The position numbers were made by a program, and so were the translations under genes. Of a DNA stretch of 63,494 nt, positions 9,400 through 17,366 are shown piece by piece. Each line of letters starts with the position of its first letter. Positions within the stretch are counted from its first letter, which is position 1. The notes under the pieces were generated by a model that was not told the DNA's origin, did not search any database, and saw only the letters and a list, made by a program, of their open reading frames with translations. Source of the DNA: a virus (Duplodnaviria; Caudoviricetes); the IMG/VR virus record IMGVR_UViG_3300018422_000004, positions 1 through 63,494 of that record; one strand, written 5' to 3'.

Positions 9400-10161
9400 A
9401 TGACCAGCATGGCCGACAAGCGTGACCAGGTCGCGCCACTCCTTCGGGAGATCAAAGAGGAGAAGGTTCGCTCAACCCACGATCCCGACCGGCGGAAGAC
9501 GAATATCCACAACGTCGCGCATGGGTGGCGCGGTGATGAGCTGGTCGTCGCGATACAACCGTCGGGGCTGTCTGTCGAGTCCGCGCTAAGCGCCGCGCGG
9601 GCCGCCGCGATCGGATTCGGCTGCGATGCGCTCGCGTTGACAACGGAGACCTACCAAGCAGTGACCAGTATCAGCCCGCTGACCGGTCAGCGTTGGGCGC
9701 CCGGTGAAATGCAGCGAGCCGCAGACGAGCACAACGCGCTGGAAACCGGCTCGGTGACGGAAGCCCTTGTCACCCTCGTGGTCAACCGGGCCGAAGACGT
9801 CACCGGCAGCAATCAGCGCTATAGGATCCACCGCAGCGTCAACGGACTGGGGATCGTCTCATACAGCATCGAGTGGCTACCCGAGAGAGCGGACGCGGAT
9901 GGCTACGGTGGGCGCGTCCCGAGGTTGCTGGTGAACTTCATGAACGAGGTGCCCGTGGACGTGCTCGTGGCTCGCGAGGGGATCACGCCAGACCTCTTCG
10001 GGCTGACCGCCGAACAAGCGCTGACGCAAGTCGACTGCGCGACGGTGAAGGCGCTGGTCCGTAGCGGGTTCGACGGTGCGGTGATGCTGCTAGCCGATAA
10101 CCCGGGTCGCGCGGAGATCATCGATAAGTCGCTTGGGAACCTTGGGGAGCGCCTAACGTGA
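9400..10161 (+). CDS. hypothetical protein
   Basis: 253 aa, GGGAGG RBS. Confidence 0.7.
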   Translation: MTSMADKRDQVAPLLREIKEEKVRSTHDPDRRKTNIHNVAHGWRGDELVVAIQPSGLSVESALSAARAAAIGFGCDALALTTETYQAVTSISPLTGQRWAPGEMQRAADEHNALETGSVTEALVTLVVNRAEDVTGSNQRYRIHRSVNGLGIVSYSIEWLPERADADGYGGRVPRLLVNFMNEVPVDVLVAREGITPDLFGLTAEQALTQVDCATVKALVRSGFDGAVMLLADNPGRAEIIDKSLGNLGERLT

Positions 10162-10197
10162 CCGCCGGGATGAGTCCGGCGAAGTCGGAAGGTCATC

Positions 10198-10761
10198 ATG
10201 GCCGGTAGCGACCGCAGTCCTGAGCGTTTCGCGTTAGCCCTTGATCAGCTGATGACCGACCCGAAGCTGCGCGGATTAAGAGAGGCGCTGCTAGCGCAGT
10301 ACCGCACCGACCCGCCATCGGTGTTCGGTGACCAATTCGCGTCGGCCGTGGATGAGGTTACGCGGCTGGCCGACGTCGGGATCGCTGCTGGGATCTACGA
10401 CAGCAGGAGCGCAGACCTGGACGCTCCCGAGTGGGTGCGGCTCGGCGCGTTGAGCGCGTTGACCACCTGGTGGGCCGGCGAGGGAAGCACCTGTGTGCAC
10501 TCGCCGCACCGAAGTCGACCGGAACCAGTTTTTGCGGCCGCGTGGAAGCCGGGACTGGTGACGTGCGTGCGGTGCGTGGATCTGTTCAAGGTCGCGGAGA
10601 ACTCGGTACCTGACCGGACTTGTGATGGTTGTGGCCGCGTTGTCGCTGGCGTCGCCGAGGGGGAGCCGATGTATTCAAACGCGATGCGGCTCGCCGCTTT
10701 GGTGTGGCAGTTCGGCGTGTGTGACGGCTGCCGATTCTGGACACCAGGGGCAGACCGTTGA
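10198..10761 (+). CDS. Cys-rich Zn-binding hypothetical protein
   Basis: CxH, CxxC x3. Confidence 0.65.
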   Translation: MAGSDRSPERFALALDQLMTDPKLRGLREALLAQYRTDPPSVFGDQFASAVDEVTRLADVGIAAGIYDSRSADLDAPEWVRLGALSALTTWWAGEGSTCVHSPHRSRPEPVFAAAWKPGLVTCVRCVDLFKVAENSVPDRTCDGCGRVVAGVAEGEPMYSNAMRLAALVWQFGVCDGCRFWTPGADR

Positions 10762-11282
10762 CTGCGCCGTTTACCGGTCCGCATGGATCGGCCGTCGGTG
10801 CGCAGGCGGGCTGTCCCTGCAAGCACTGCGGGACTGCGAGGCAGTACCTCGCTGACCACGCCGACGACCTCGTGATCCCTTGTCCCTGGTGCGGTGACTG
10901 GGAAGACCTCAACGAGGTCGAGGATCAGCTAGTCACTGGTCGGTTCTTTGGCTGCGCGATGTGTGTGAGCTGGCGCTACAGCGCGAGTGAATATGTGGCC
11001 TGCTCTCTATGCGCGCAGGTGGTACCTGTTAGCCGCACGGTGCACCTGCACGGTGGCCGTGGGCGTGAACCGAAGGTGAACTGCATCCCGTGCATGTTGC
11101 GCAGCGCCCTTGCATGGAGCCTGACGGACTGCCCGTTCTGCGTCTTGGTTGCCAAGCGGGTCCTCGATGCGCTCCGCGAGTACGAGCAGGCTGGTCGCGT
11201 CGTGACGCTTCCCGCGGTACCGACCGAGGATCTACCGCAGCACCGGCCGGGCTGTCCCTGGGAACACGACGTCCTGCTGTGA
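10758..11282 (+). CDS. multi-CxxC Zn-binding hypothetical protein
   Basis: six CxxC-type motifs; TTGA overlap. Confidence 0.55.
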   Translation: MTAPFTGPHGSAVGAQAGCPCKHCGTARQYLADHADDLVIPCPWCGDWEDLNEVEDQLVTGRFFGCAMCVSWRYSASEYVACSLCAQVVPVSRTVHLHGGRGREPKVNCIPCMLRSALAWSLTDCPFCVLVAKRVLDALREYEQAGRVVTLPAVPTEDLPQHRPGCPWEHDVLL

Positions 11283-11412
11283 TCACCCACCACCGTCATC
11301 GCACGGCCCATCCCCGCGTAGCACCACTCACCACGCGTAGGTACCATCCATTGGTCGCCTCGAACTGGACCTGCGTGCGCTTGGGGCAGGCCCAGCTCGG
11401 GGCGGCGCCGAT

Positions 11413-11487
11413 GCGCCGGTAGCTCAGGCTGGACAGAGCACTGCCCTACGGAGGCAGGTGCCGGAGGTTCGAATCCTTCCCGGCGCG
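11413..11487 (+). tRNA. tRNA-Arg(ACG)
   Basis: GCGCCGG/CCGGCGC acceptor, D-arm, CTGCC-CTACGGA-GGCAG anticodon arm, GGAGG-TTCGAAT-CCTTC T-arm; no encoded CCA. Confidence 0.92.
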
Positions 11488-11598
11488 CTGGGAGCCTTTG
11501 GGAGGTATAGGAATGGCCGTCGTTGTAGCGATGGCGTTGGCCGCGATGATCATGCTGGTGGTGCTGGTGGCCCGCAAAGCAGAATCGGACGAGGATCA

Positions 11599-11874
11599 AT
11601 GACCGACGACTTCCGCCGCCGCCTGTGCGCGGCACTTGATCTTGGCGAGGACGAAACCGAGCCGATGATCCTGATGCGGGCCAAGGCCGCTGGGAACTGC
11701 TACCGCCACCTCGCTCTAACCCGAAGTGACTGCGAAGGATGGGAGTCGACCCTCCGCTGGCTGGTCGACTGGCACAGGACGCGCCCTGAGCTAGAGCTAG
11801 GCACAGGACTGACTGGATCGAGTCGGCGGATCAAGCGCGACGTGGAGGACACCGATGACCAAAGTCGAAATTGA
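11599..11874 (+). CDS. hypothetical protein
   Basis: GAGGA RBS before ATG 11599. Confidence 0.45.
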   Translation: MTDDFRRRLCAALDLGEDETEPMILMRAKAAGNCYRHLALTRSDCEGWESTLRWLVDWHRTRPELELGTGLTGSSRRIKRDVEDTDDQSRN

Positions 11875-11903
11875 GCTTGACGACCAGTTGGACGGAGACG
11901 AAT

Positions 11904-11943
11904 GAAACTCCGGCCCCCTCCTTCCAGCGAGGGGGCCGGAGTC
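11904..11943. terminator. intrinsic terminator between convergent units
   Basis: ACTCCGGCCCCCTC / GAGGGGGCCGGAGT 14-bp stem. Confidence 0.75.
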
Positions 11944-11953
11944 AGGGGTCGTT

Positions 11954-12286
11954 CTATCTCACTCCGATCTTCCTGGAGCAGGTTGGCCAGGCTTTCCAAC
12001 CTTGCCCGCGGAGCACCTTCTCGGCGATGGCGATCTGCTGCGTCCGGGAAGCGCGGTGGGCGTTACTTGCGTAAGCCCCACCGCCGTATCCCCGCCACGT
12101 CTGCGGGTGGAACTGGAGCCCGCCGTAATACCCGTTGCCGGTATTGGCGTGCCACCTCCCACCGCTTTCGCATTGCGCCAACCGGTCCCACGTTCGACCG
12201 CTTGCCGCCTCGGCTGGCGCTGCGAACACCAGCGGGACGGCTAGGGCGATGAAGGTGACCGCGATGCGTCCAAGCACGTTCCTCAT
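11954..12286 (-). CDS. rpf: secreted resuscitation-promoting factor (Rpf) family transglycosylase
   Basis: signal peptide ending AEA; WDRLAQCESGGRWHANTGNGYYGGLQF...QIAIAEKVLRGQGWKAWPTCS, catalytic Glu intact. Confidence 0.95.
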   Translation of the reverse strand: MRNVLGRIAVTFIALAVPLVFAAPAEAASGRTWDRLAQCESGGRWHANTGNGYYGGLQFHPQTWRGYGGGAYASNAHRASRTQQIAIAEKVLRGQGWKAWPTCSRKIGVR

Positions 12287-12670
12287 GAGAGTTTTCTCCG
12301 TGATCGCGCGCCCCGACTGGTGACCTCGGATGCATGAAGCGGTCAGCGTCCCCGTCCCGATCCACCGTTGGGTTTTGGTTTATCCGGGCCCGGGAGACAG
12401 GGCGTGCGCGCCGGTTACCGGATTCCCACGCCACGGTGGCTCCGTTGCGGCAGGACAATGGACGGTGACTGATCACCGTTTGCTCGCGCAAGCGGGTTCG
12501 CTGGTGGCGGATCGCGGTGCGCTGGGAGGCAATCCCGACGCGGTAAGCGGTAGGTTAGTTGCTGCGGGATTTGGGGGCCCCGGGTGGGGGTCGCGGCCGG
12601 GCCCGGGTATCGCGGGCGGCATGCTGACTGCACTGTTCATCGTTTACGCCTGTAGCTGGGGAGGTCGCTG

Positions 12671-12928
12671 GTGAGGCGCAGTCTGGGATTCTGGGGCCCA
12701 ATCGCCGTTTGGATGATCGTGTTCTGCTCCGCGCCCTTCGTCGCGCATGGCGCTGGGATGACGCCCTGGTGGGCGCTGCTGACGGGCGCGGTGGTGAGCG
12801 TCGTCATGGCGCTGACTGTCGCGTGGATCTGGGACCAGGTCAACACGGGTCGCCGGAGGGCCCGCGAGCGACGGGAATGCGACAAGGCGCTGAGGTGCTA
12901 CCCCGGTCCCTACCACCAAACGCACTAG
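12671..12928 (+). CDS. membrane protein
   Basis: two hydrophobic helices; GGAGG RBS. Confidence 0.5.
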   Translation: MRRSLGFWGPIAVWMIVFCSAPFVAHGAGMTPWWALLTGAVVSVVMALTVAWIWDQVNTGRRRARERRECDKALRCYPGPYHQTH

Positions 12929-12937
12929 AGTGCGTCG

Positions 12938-13267
12938 ATGCGAGTATCCTGGCTGTTCCGCCACGCAACTCTTACGGTGCGGTTCGCCTATCAGCGGGTT
13001 GTGCGCGGGTGGGATGACAGTGCGCTATGGAGTCTCGATTATCACTTGACGAAGACGCTCGGTGCGCAGCTGGTGCTCATGGCGGACACGACTCCTAGTT
13101 ATCCACCGGATCGGACGTACGAGCAGTGGACCTCAGACCTGCGGCACTACGGGCAAGCGCTCGCTGCTTACGCCGCGTCGGACAGTTTGGAGTACGACCG
13201 GGTGTATCCACCGGCACGCGAAGCACTGGAGTGGGTCACCGAGAATCTCGGTGCCCTGTGGACGTGA
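12938..13267 (+). CDS. phage hypothetical protein
   Basis: QRVVRGWDDSALWSLD...LW motif typical of a phage family. Confidence 0.6.
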   Translation: MRVSWLFRHATLTVRFAYQRVVRGWDDSALWSLDYHLTKTLGAQLVLMADTTPSYPPDRTYEQWTSDLRHYGQALAAYAASDSLEYDRVYPPAREALEWVTENLGALWT

Positions 13268-13291
13268 GGGCATGCGATAAGGTGCTCAGCG

Positions 13292-13537
13292 ATGGTGTCT
13301 ATCTCGATCGATCAAGAAGCCAACGTAGTCTCGATTGACCTGCTTCCCGGTCGACCAATCACGCAGTCCGTGAGGGTAGGAAGTTCCCTGGTCGCCGACT
13401 ACGGCGCCGACGGCTCCCTCATCAGCGTCGAAGTTCTTTCGCTTGAGGATCCCCTCGGTCGCGTGCTTCTGGCCGTCCACTCGCGTTGTGCGGCAAGCGC
13501 GGCTGCTACTGCCTCGGCGGGATTGATTCCGAGGTGA
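13292..13537 (+). CDS. DUF2283-like protein
   Basis: IDQEANVVSIDL...VADYGADGSLISVEVL; TAAGGT upstream of the ATG. Confidence 0.55.
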   Translation: MVSISIDQEANVVSIDLLPGRPITQSVRVGSSLVADYGADGSLISVEVLSLEDPLGRVLLAVHSRCAASAAATASAGLIPR

Positions 13538-13737
13538 CCGCACCAGCGGATCGTGGAAGCGATCATGTTGCCCAGCTCGCGGTGCAAGTCGATATCTTGG
13601 GTGTCGGGCTGGTCGCGGGCGACCCTGGCGAGGTCGCCGTACACGACACCCATCGCGATCACGATCTCGGTCAGGCTCATCTGGTCATGCCAGATCGCGC
13701 GACCAGCGGCCCCGATCTCATCCAGAGTGGTCATCAC
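13399..13737 (-). CDS. MazG-like helical protein, catalytic residues degenerate
   Basis: MGVVYGDLAR...LHRELGNMIASTIRWCGHLGIN pattern. Confidence 0.5.
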   Translation of the reverse strand: MMTTLDEIGAAGRAIWHDQMSLTEIVIAMGVVYGDLARVARDQPDTQDIDLHRELGNMIASTIRWCGHLGINPAEAVAAALAAQREWTARSTRPRGSSSERTSTLMREPSAP

Positions 13738-14162
13738 GTCTTCCCCGCCTGTCGATGTCTGGCCTCAGCTTCCTGCGCGCTGATCCTCGGCTTGGGATGC
13801 TGGTCGTATTCCGGGCAGCTCGCGGATTCCAGCGGGAAAATTTTCCCGCAGCTGGTGCAGTACCGCTCGTGCCTACACGAGTATCTCCAGTCGTCGTAGA
13901 TCCACCACAACCACCACGACCACCGACAGTGGTACCCAGCATCGAGGTACCGGTAGCGGTCGCGACCGTATTTGTGGGGTTGTTGTGCGCGGCTGGCCAC
14001 GGCGCGTTGGAGCCGGATCTCCAGCGTGTGCTCGACACCTTCCTTACCTCGGCACCACTTCTTTGTGGAGCGCCGCCGGGTATGTCGCGTCGGGTACTCA
14101 TCTGCCGAGCGGGGTGCCCGTAGTTCGCTGACCCGCGGCTCGGCGTCGTCGTCCCAGCTCAC
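13734..14162 (-). CDS. hypothetical protein
   Basis: TKKWCRGKEGVEH...CRH...CTSCGK. Confidence 0.55.
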   Translation of the reverse strand: MSWDDDAEPRVSELRAPRSADEYPTRHTRRRSTKKWCRGKEGVEHTLEIRLQRAVASRAQQPHKYGRDRYRYLDAGYHCRWSWWLWWIYDDWRYSCRHERYCTSCGKIFPLESASCPEYDQHPKPRISAQEAEARHRQAGKT

Positions 14163-14247
14163 AGTCCCCCCTTCCCTTCCGCCCCAAATCCAGCACCCAG
14201 ATTACCACCCTTGTTTGCTGCTGGATTTCGGTCGCTACCTTCCGCGG

Positions 14248-15000
14248 GTGAGCCTCCTCAACCAGATCATCGCTGTCGAGCCCCGCGTCAAGAGCGGCGC
14301 CTACAGTCTCATTACCAAGCTCCACCACGACACCCAACGCACCCAGCAAGGTGGCCCGTTCTTCGGGTTAACCCGCACCTACACGCCGCTGGTTGCTGTT
14401 GAAGACGGCGGTGAGGATCTGCCCGGTGAATCAACCCGGGTCCAGATGACCATCGGTGGGATCCTCACGCAGATCGCTGAGGCCAGCACCAAACTGTGGG
14501 ACCTCATCGCCACCAAGGACTGGGCGAACTGCGAAGCCAACGCTGACATTGTGGTCGACGGCACGACCGTGATGGAAAAGGTGCCGGTCACCTACCTGCT
14601 TTTCCTGGAAAAGCAGTTGAAGGATCTGCGGACCATCATTTCGAAACTGCCGACGCTGGATTTGGCGGAAACATGGCATTACGACCACGCCCGCGGATGT
14701 TGGGCGACTGAACCCGTGCGGACCCAGCGGACCAAGAAGGTCATGCAGAACCACGTCCTCGCGGCGGCCACCGATAAGCACCCCGCGCAGGTCCAGGCGT
14801 ACACAGTCGATGAGATCGTCGGGTACTGGGCGACCACCAAATTCAGCGGCGCCCTGTCCGCGGACCGGGTCGAATTGCTGCTGAAACGAGTCGAGGCACT
14901 GGCCGAAGCTGTCGCGTTCGCCCGGGAACAGGCCAACACCATGGACGTCACCGAACGCAAAGTCGCCGCACCGCTGTTCGAGTACCTGTTCGCCGGCTAA
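14248..15000 (+). CDS. conserved actinobacterial/phage protein of unknown function (recalled as DUF7873-like)
   Basis: LNQIIAVE..., TRTYTP..E.GEDLPGEST.VQ, ATKDWANC.A.ADIVVDG, VPVTYLLFLEKQL, ATDKHPAQV, KFSGAL, AV.FAREQAN; TACCTT 6 nt before GTG 14248. Confidence 0.85.
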   Translation: MSLLNQIIAVEPRVKSGAYSLITKLHHDTQRTQQGGPFFGLTRTYTPLVAVEDGGEDLPGESTRVQMTIGGILTQIAEASTKLWDLIATKDWANCEANADIVVDGTTVMEKVPVTYLLFLEKQLKDLRTIISKLPTLDLAETWHYDHARGCWATEPVRTQRTKKVMQNHVLAAATDKHPAQVQAYTVDEIVGYWATTKFSGALSADRVELLLKRVEALAEAVAFAREQANTMDVTERKVAAPLFEYLFAG

Positions 15001-15018
15001 GGGAAAGCGAGGAACCCT

Positions 15019-15513
15019 GTGCAAACGTGGACGACCATCCCGGACAAAACCGCGTGGGGTGTCGGCCCGTGGGTCGATGAACCTGACCGAGCCCAATGGG
15101 TCGATGAAACCACCAACCTGACGTGCCTAGCTAAACGCAATTCACTCATGGGCAACTGGTGTGGTTACGTGGGTGTTCCCCACGATCACCCCTGGCACGG
15201 TCTGGACTACACCGATGAGCGGGTTACCGCCGAAGTTCATGGTGGGCTCACGTACTCCGATGCGTGCCAAGAAGGCCCGGAACCGATCGAAAAGCGGATC
15301 TGTCACATTCCCGAACCGGGTGAGCCTGATGATTTGTGGTGGTTCGGTTGGGACTGCGGTCACTGGATGGACATGAGCCCGGGATATCTATCCCGTTGCC
15401 CGGAAGAATTCTCAACTCTTGTTGGCGGCTACAGAGCGCAGTACCGCACACTCGACTACGTGCGGTCCGAATGCGCGGCACTGGCCAAACAACTAGCGGA
15501 AACAGGGGCCTGA
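15019..15513 (+). CDS. conserved phage hypothetical protein
   Basis: WCGYVGVP..HPWHG.DY...VHGGLTY...WWFGWDCGH motif. Confidence 0.75.
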   Translation: MQTWTTIPDKTAWGVGPWVDEPDRAQWVDETTNLTCLAKRNSLMGNWCGYVGVPHDHPWHGLDYTDERVTAEVHGGLTYSDACQEGPEPIEKRICHIPEPGEPDDLWWFGWDCGHWMDMSPGYLSRCPEEFSTLVGGYRAQYRTLDYVRSECAALAKQLAETGA

Positions 15514-15731
15514 GCATGCCGTGGTGGGGTTGGCTGATCGCAGTCGTCGCGCTCATGTGCTGCGCCACCGTGAACATCGTCGTGTTCATGATGACCAGCG
15601 CGATGCGGGACACGATGCGAGACGACCATTGAAGCAGCAGACTGGGAATGACGTGCGTCGTAGTCCAGCGGCCTAAGACGCCGCACCGAGCGGGGATCGA
15701 GGCCCCATCACCGCACCTTAAGAAGGAGACG

Positions 15732-15977
15732 GTGAAAACCCCGAAAGGGAATGGTCCGGTGGTGCGGAAACCCACGTTCGAATCGTGGCGACGCAGCATG
15801 ACCAGCACTGACATCATAATGGCCCGCCAAATCGAGTCCACCGGCAACATCGTCTCAGGACTCGGCGAACACGGCCTAGCCAATCAGTTATGGGCGCTAG
15901 CGCACAGACTTCGAGAGAGAGCCAAGAATACTCAAGAGTGGACCGCCTGGGGGTCGAACCCAGAACCCTCCGGGTAA
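15732..15977 (+). CDS. hypothetical protein; 3' end overlaps tRNA-Lys antisense
   Basis: AAGGAG RBS before GTG. Confidence 0.45.
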   Translation: MKTPKGNGPVVRKPTFESWRRSMTSTDIIMARQIESTGNIVSGLGEHGLANQLWALAHRLRERAKNTQEWTAWGSNPEPSG

Positions 15978-16012
15978 AAACCGGATGCTGCTGCCAATTG
16001 AGCTAACGGTCC
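15939..16012 (-). tRNA. tRNA-Lys(UUU)
   Basis: GGACCGT/GCGGTCC acceptor; TCCGG-TTTTTAC-CCGGA; CTGGG-TTCGACC-CCCAG. Confidence 0.88.
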
Positions 16013-16018
16013 TGGACG

Positions 16019-16091
16019 TCGGGGTGGCGGGACTCGAACCCACGGCCTCTCGCTCCCAAGGCGAGTGCGCTTCCTTCTGCGCTACACCCCG
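16019..16091 (-). tRNA. tRNA-Pro(UGG)
   Basis: CGGGGTG/CACCCCG acceptor; CTCGC-CTTGGGA-GCGAG; GTGGG-TTCGAGT-CCCGC. Confidence 0.92.
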
Positions 16092-16108
16092 CATGGTAGT
16101 TGGGTAGC

Positions 16109-16141
16109 GGTCCGGGCGACCTGCCCTGTGTCGCCCGGACC
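16109..16141 (-). terminator. strong hairpin (terminator or processing stem) 3' of the ncRNA
   Basis: GGTCCGGGCGAC / GTCGCCCGGACC 12-bp stem; no U-tail. Confidence 0.5.
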
Positions 16142-16187
16142 TTTCCGACCGAATACGGAATTTTCGAGTCCCGTTGGTCAAAGGGTT

Positions 16188-16347
16188 CCACCCTGTTGCT
16201 GGTACCAGCGGCGTTTAACGGGCGCAGTCATGTTGAGGAGTCACGCTCTGCCTTTGAGCTACGGGGCCATGTTGGAGGCCCCGGCAGGATTCGAACCTGC
16301 AACCCCGACGTTCTTTGCCGCGTCCGATTTGATCTGGTACCGGATGG
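16188..16347 (-). ncRNA. module 2: long irregular stem capped by a circularly permuted tRNA-like domain
   Basis: pairs CCAUCC/GGGUGG, GGUACCAG/CUGGUACC, CGGACGCGG/CUGCGCCCG enclose T-arm GCAGG-UUCGAAU-CCUGC, then CGGGGCC-UCCAACAU-GGCCCCG, then UA-GCUC-AAAGGCA-GAGC D-arm. Confidence 0.85.
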
Positions 16348-16359
16348 CGAGTTAAGTCT

Positions 16360-16513
16360 GGAGCGAGAGTTTCAAGCGTCATGCTGGTGGTTGCCTCTGA
16401 CCGTTGGGCTACTCGGGCTTTTGTGTTGCGTGTTGCCGTGCCCGAGGGCGGATTCGAACCTCCACTGGACCACCTTGCTTTGAAGCTCAGCCTTCAGTCT
16501 TAGCTTGCGCTCC
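16360..16513 (-). ncRNA. module 1: long irregular stem capped by a circularly permuted tRNA-like domain
   Basis: pairs GGAGCG/CGCUCC, CAAGC/GCUUG, GGUGGU/ACCACC enclose T-arm GGAGG-UUCGAAU-CCGCC, CUCGGGC-(21 nt)-GCCCGAG, then UAGCCCAACGGUCAGAGGC D-arm. Confidence 0.85.
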
Positions 16514-16523
16514 TGCGTGGACG

Positions 16524-16529
16524 AACCTA
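16524..16529 (-). promoter_or_regulatory. putative -10 (TAGGTT) for the ncRNA/tRNA transcript
   Basis: TANNNT placing the TSS at ~16516-16518, just before the module 1 stem. Confidence 0.5.
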
Positions 16530-16738
16530 CCACCCGTGTTAGCGGCGTGCGTCCGGTGCCGATGCCGAGTGCGGTGTTCACGGTCGCACCCAGAGGCGGT
16601 AGGCCACCAGCCCGGCGGCGATGTCAGCCAGCGCTACGGTCCAGCAGACGATGCGGGCGTCAGGCACCAGCAGTCCACCGATCGCCAGCAGGCCGCCGCT
16701 AACTGTTGTGCAGGCAATGAACAGGGCGTGGGCGCGAG

Positions 16739-16951
16739 TCACGGTCGCCGCCACCGGAGCGAGAGCACCACTGCGGTGGTGGCGACGACCACTGCCGTGA
16801 GCGTGCAAGCGACCGTGAGTGGTGGCACCAGGAATGCCACGATCATTAGCACGGCACAGCCGCCGGTTACCCAGGCCATGAACCGGTAATGGGCACGAAG
16901 TGCTTCGTGCCGCTCGATTGCACGCTTCACCTCATCGTCGCGGTACGCCAC
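16739..16951 (-). CDS. small membrane protein
   Basis: 2 TM segments; GTGA coupling with a downstream small hydrophobic ORF. Confidence 0.5.
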   Translation of the reverse strand: MAYRDDEVKRAIERHEALRAHYRFMAWVTGGCAVLMIVAFLVPPLTVACTLTAVVVATTAVVLSLRWRRP

Positions 16952-17254
16952 CTAGAGGCCCTTCAAGCGGGGAGTGGGTCGGTCCTTGCCTTCCCAGCCC
17001 TGGTCGGTCATGTACCCCTGCGACTGGGGTGTCTTCGTGGGGTTGCTGGCCTGCCAGTTGCGGACGTTATCGATAGCGTCGAGTATCCCTGACAGGTGTC
17101 TTCGCGGTGACCCTGCTTTGAGGCAGAACAGGTGGTAGTACATCAGCATTTTCACCAGCAGTGCGTCTTGTGCCCGGAACACGACGACTGGTTCGTTTTC
17201 GCCGATGGTGCCGAACTCGGTGGTGACGCGCCCGTACTTACTGTCAACTCCCAT
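16952..17254 (-). CDS. phage hypothetical protein
   Basis: EPVVVFRAQD motif. Confidence 0.6.
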   Translation of the reverse strand: MGVDSKYGRVTTEFGTIGENEPVVVFRAQDALLVKMLMYYHLFCLKAGSPRRHLSGILDAIDNVRNWQASNPTKTPQSQGYMTDQGWEGKDRPTPRLKGL

Positions 17255-17366
17255 TGGGCTGTCTTCTTTCGTCGATGGCGTGGGCCCGCAGCGCGGGTTA
17301 AACCTTTTAGCCTGCGTAGCACGATGACTGTGGTAACGGTACCGGCTAAGGCGCCGAGCCAGCCGA

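Noticed and set aside
12290-12640. c-di-AMP (ydaO) riboswitch or HDV-like ribozyme upstream of rpf
   Set aside because: The consensus elements could not be matched by eye; kept only as an unclassified leader.
13972-14247. Extension of the 342-aa ORF upstream of GTG 14248
   Set aside because: It overlaps a minus-strand gene; the conserved sequence and the -10 signature both begin at 14248.
16188-16513. Interpretation as permuted tmRNA or ordinary split tRNAs
   Set aside because: No G3-U70 alanine identity and no recognisable tag ORF; the halves lack anticodon loops and are embedded in long stalks.
16065-16581. ORFs 16065-16355, 16100-16483 and 16372-16581
   Set aside because: They overlap the structured RNA and tRNAs, have no motifs or RBS, and are best treated as spurious.
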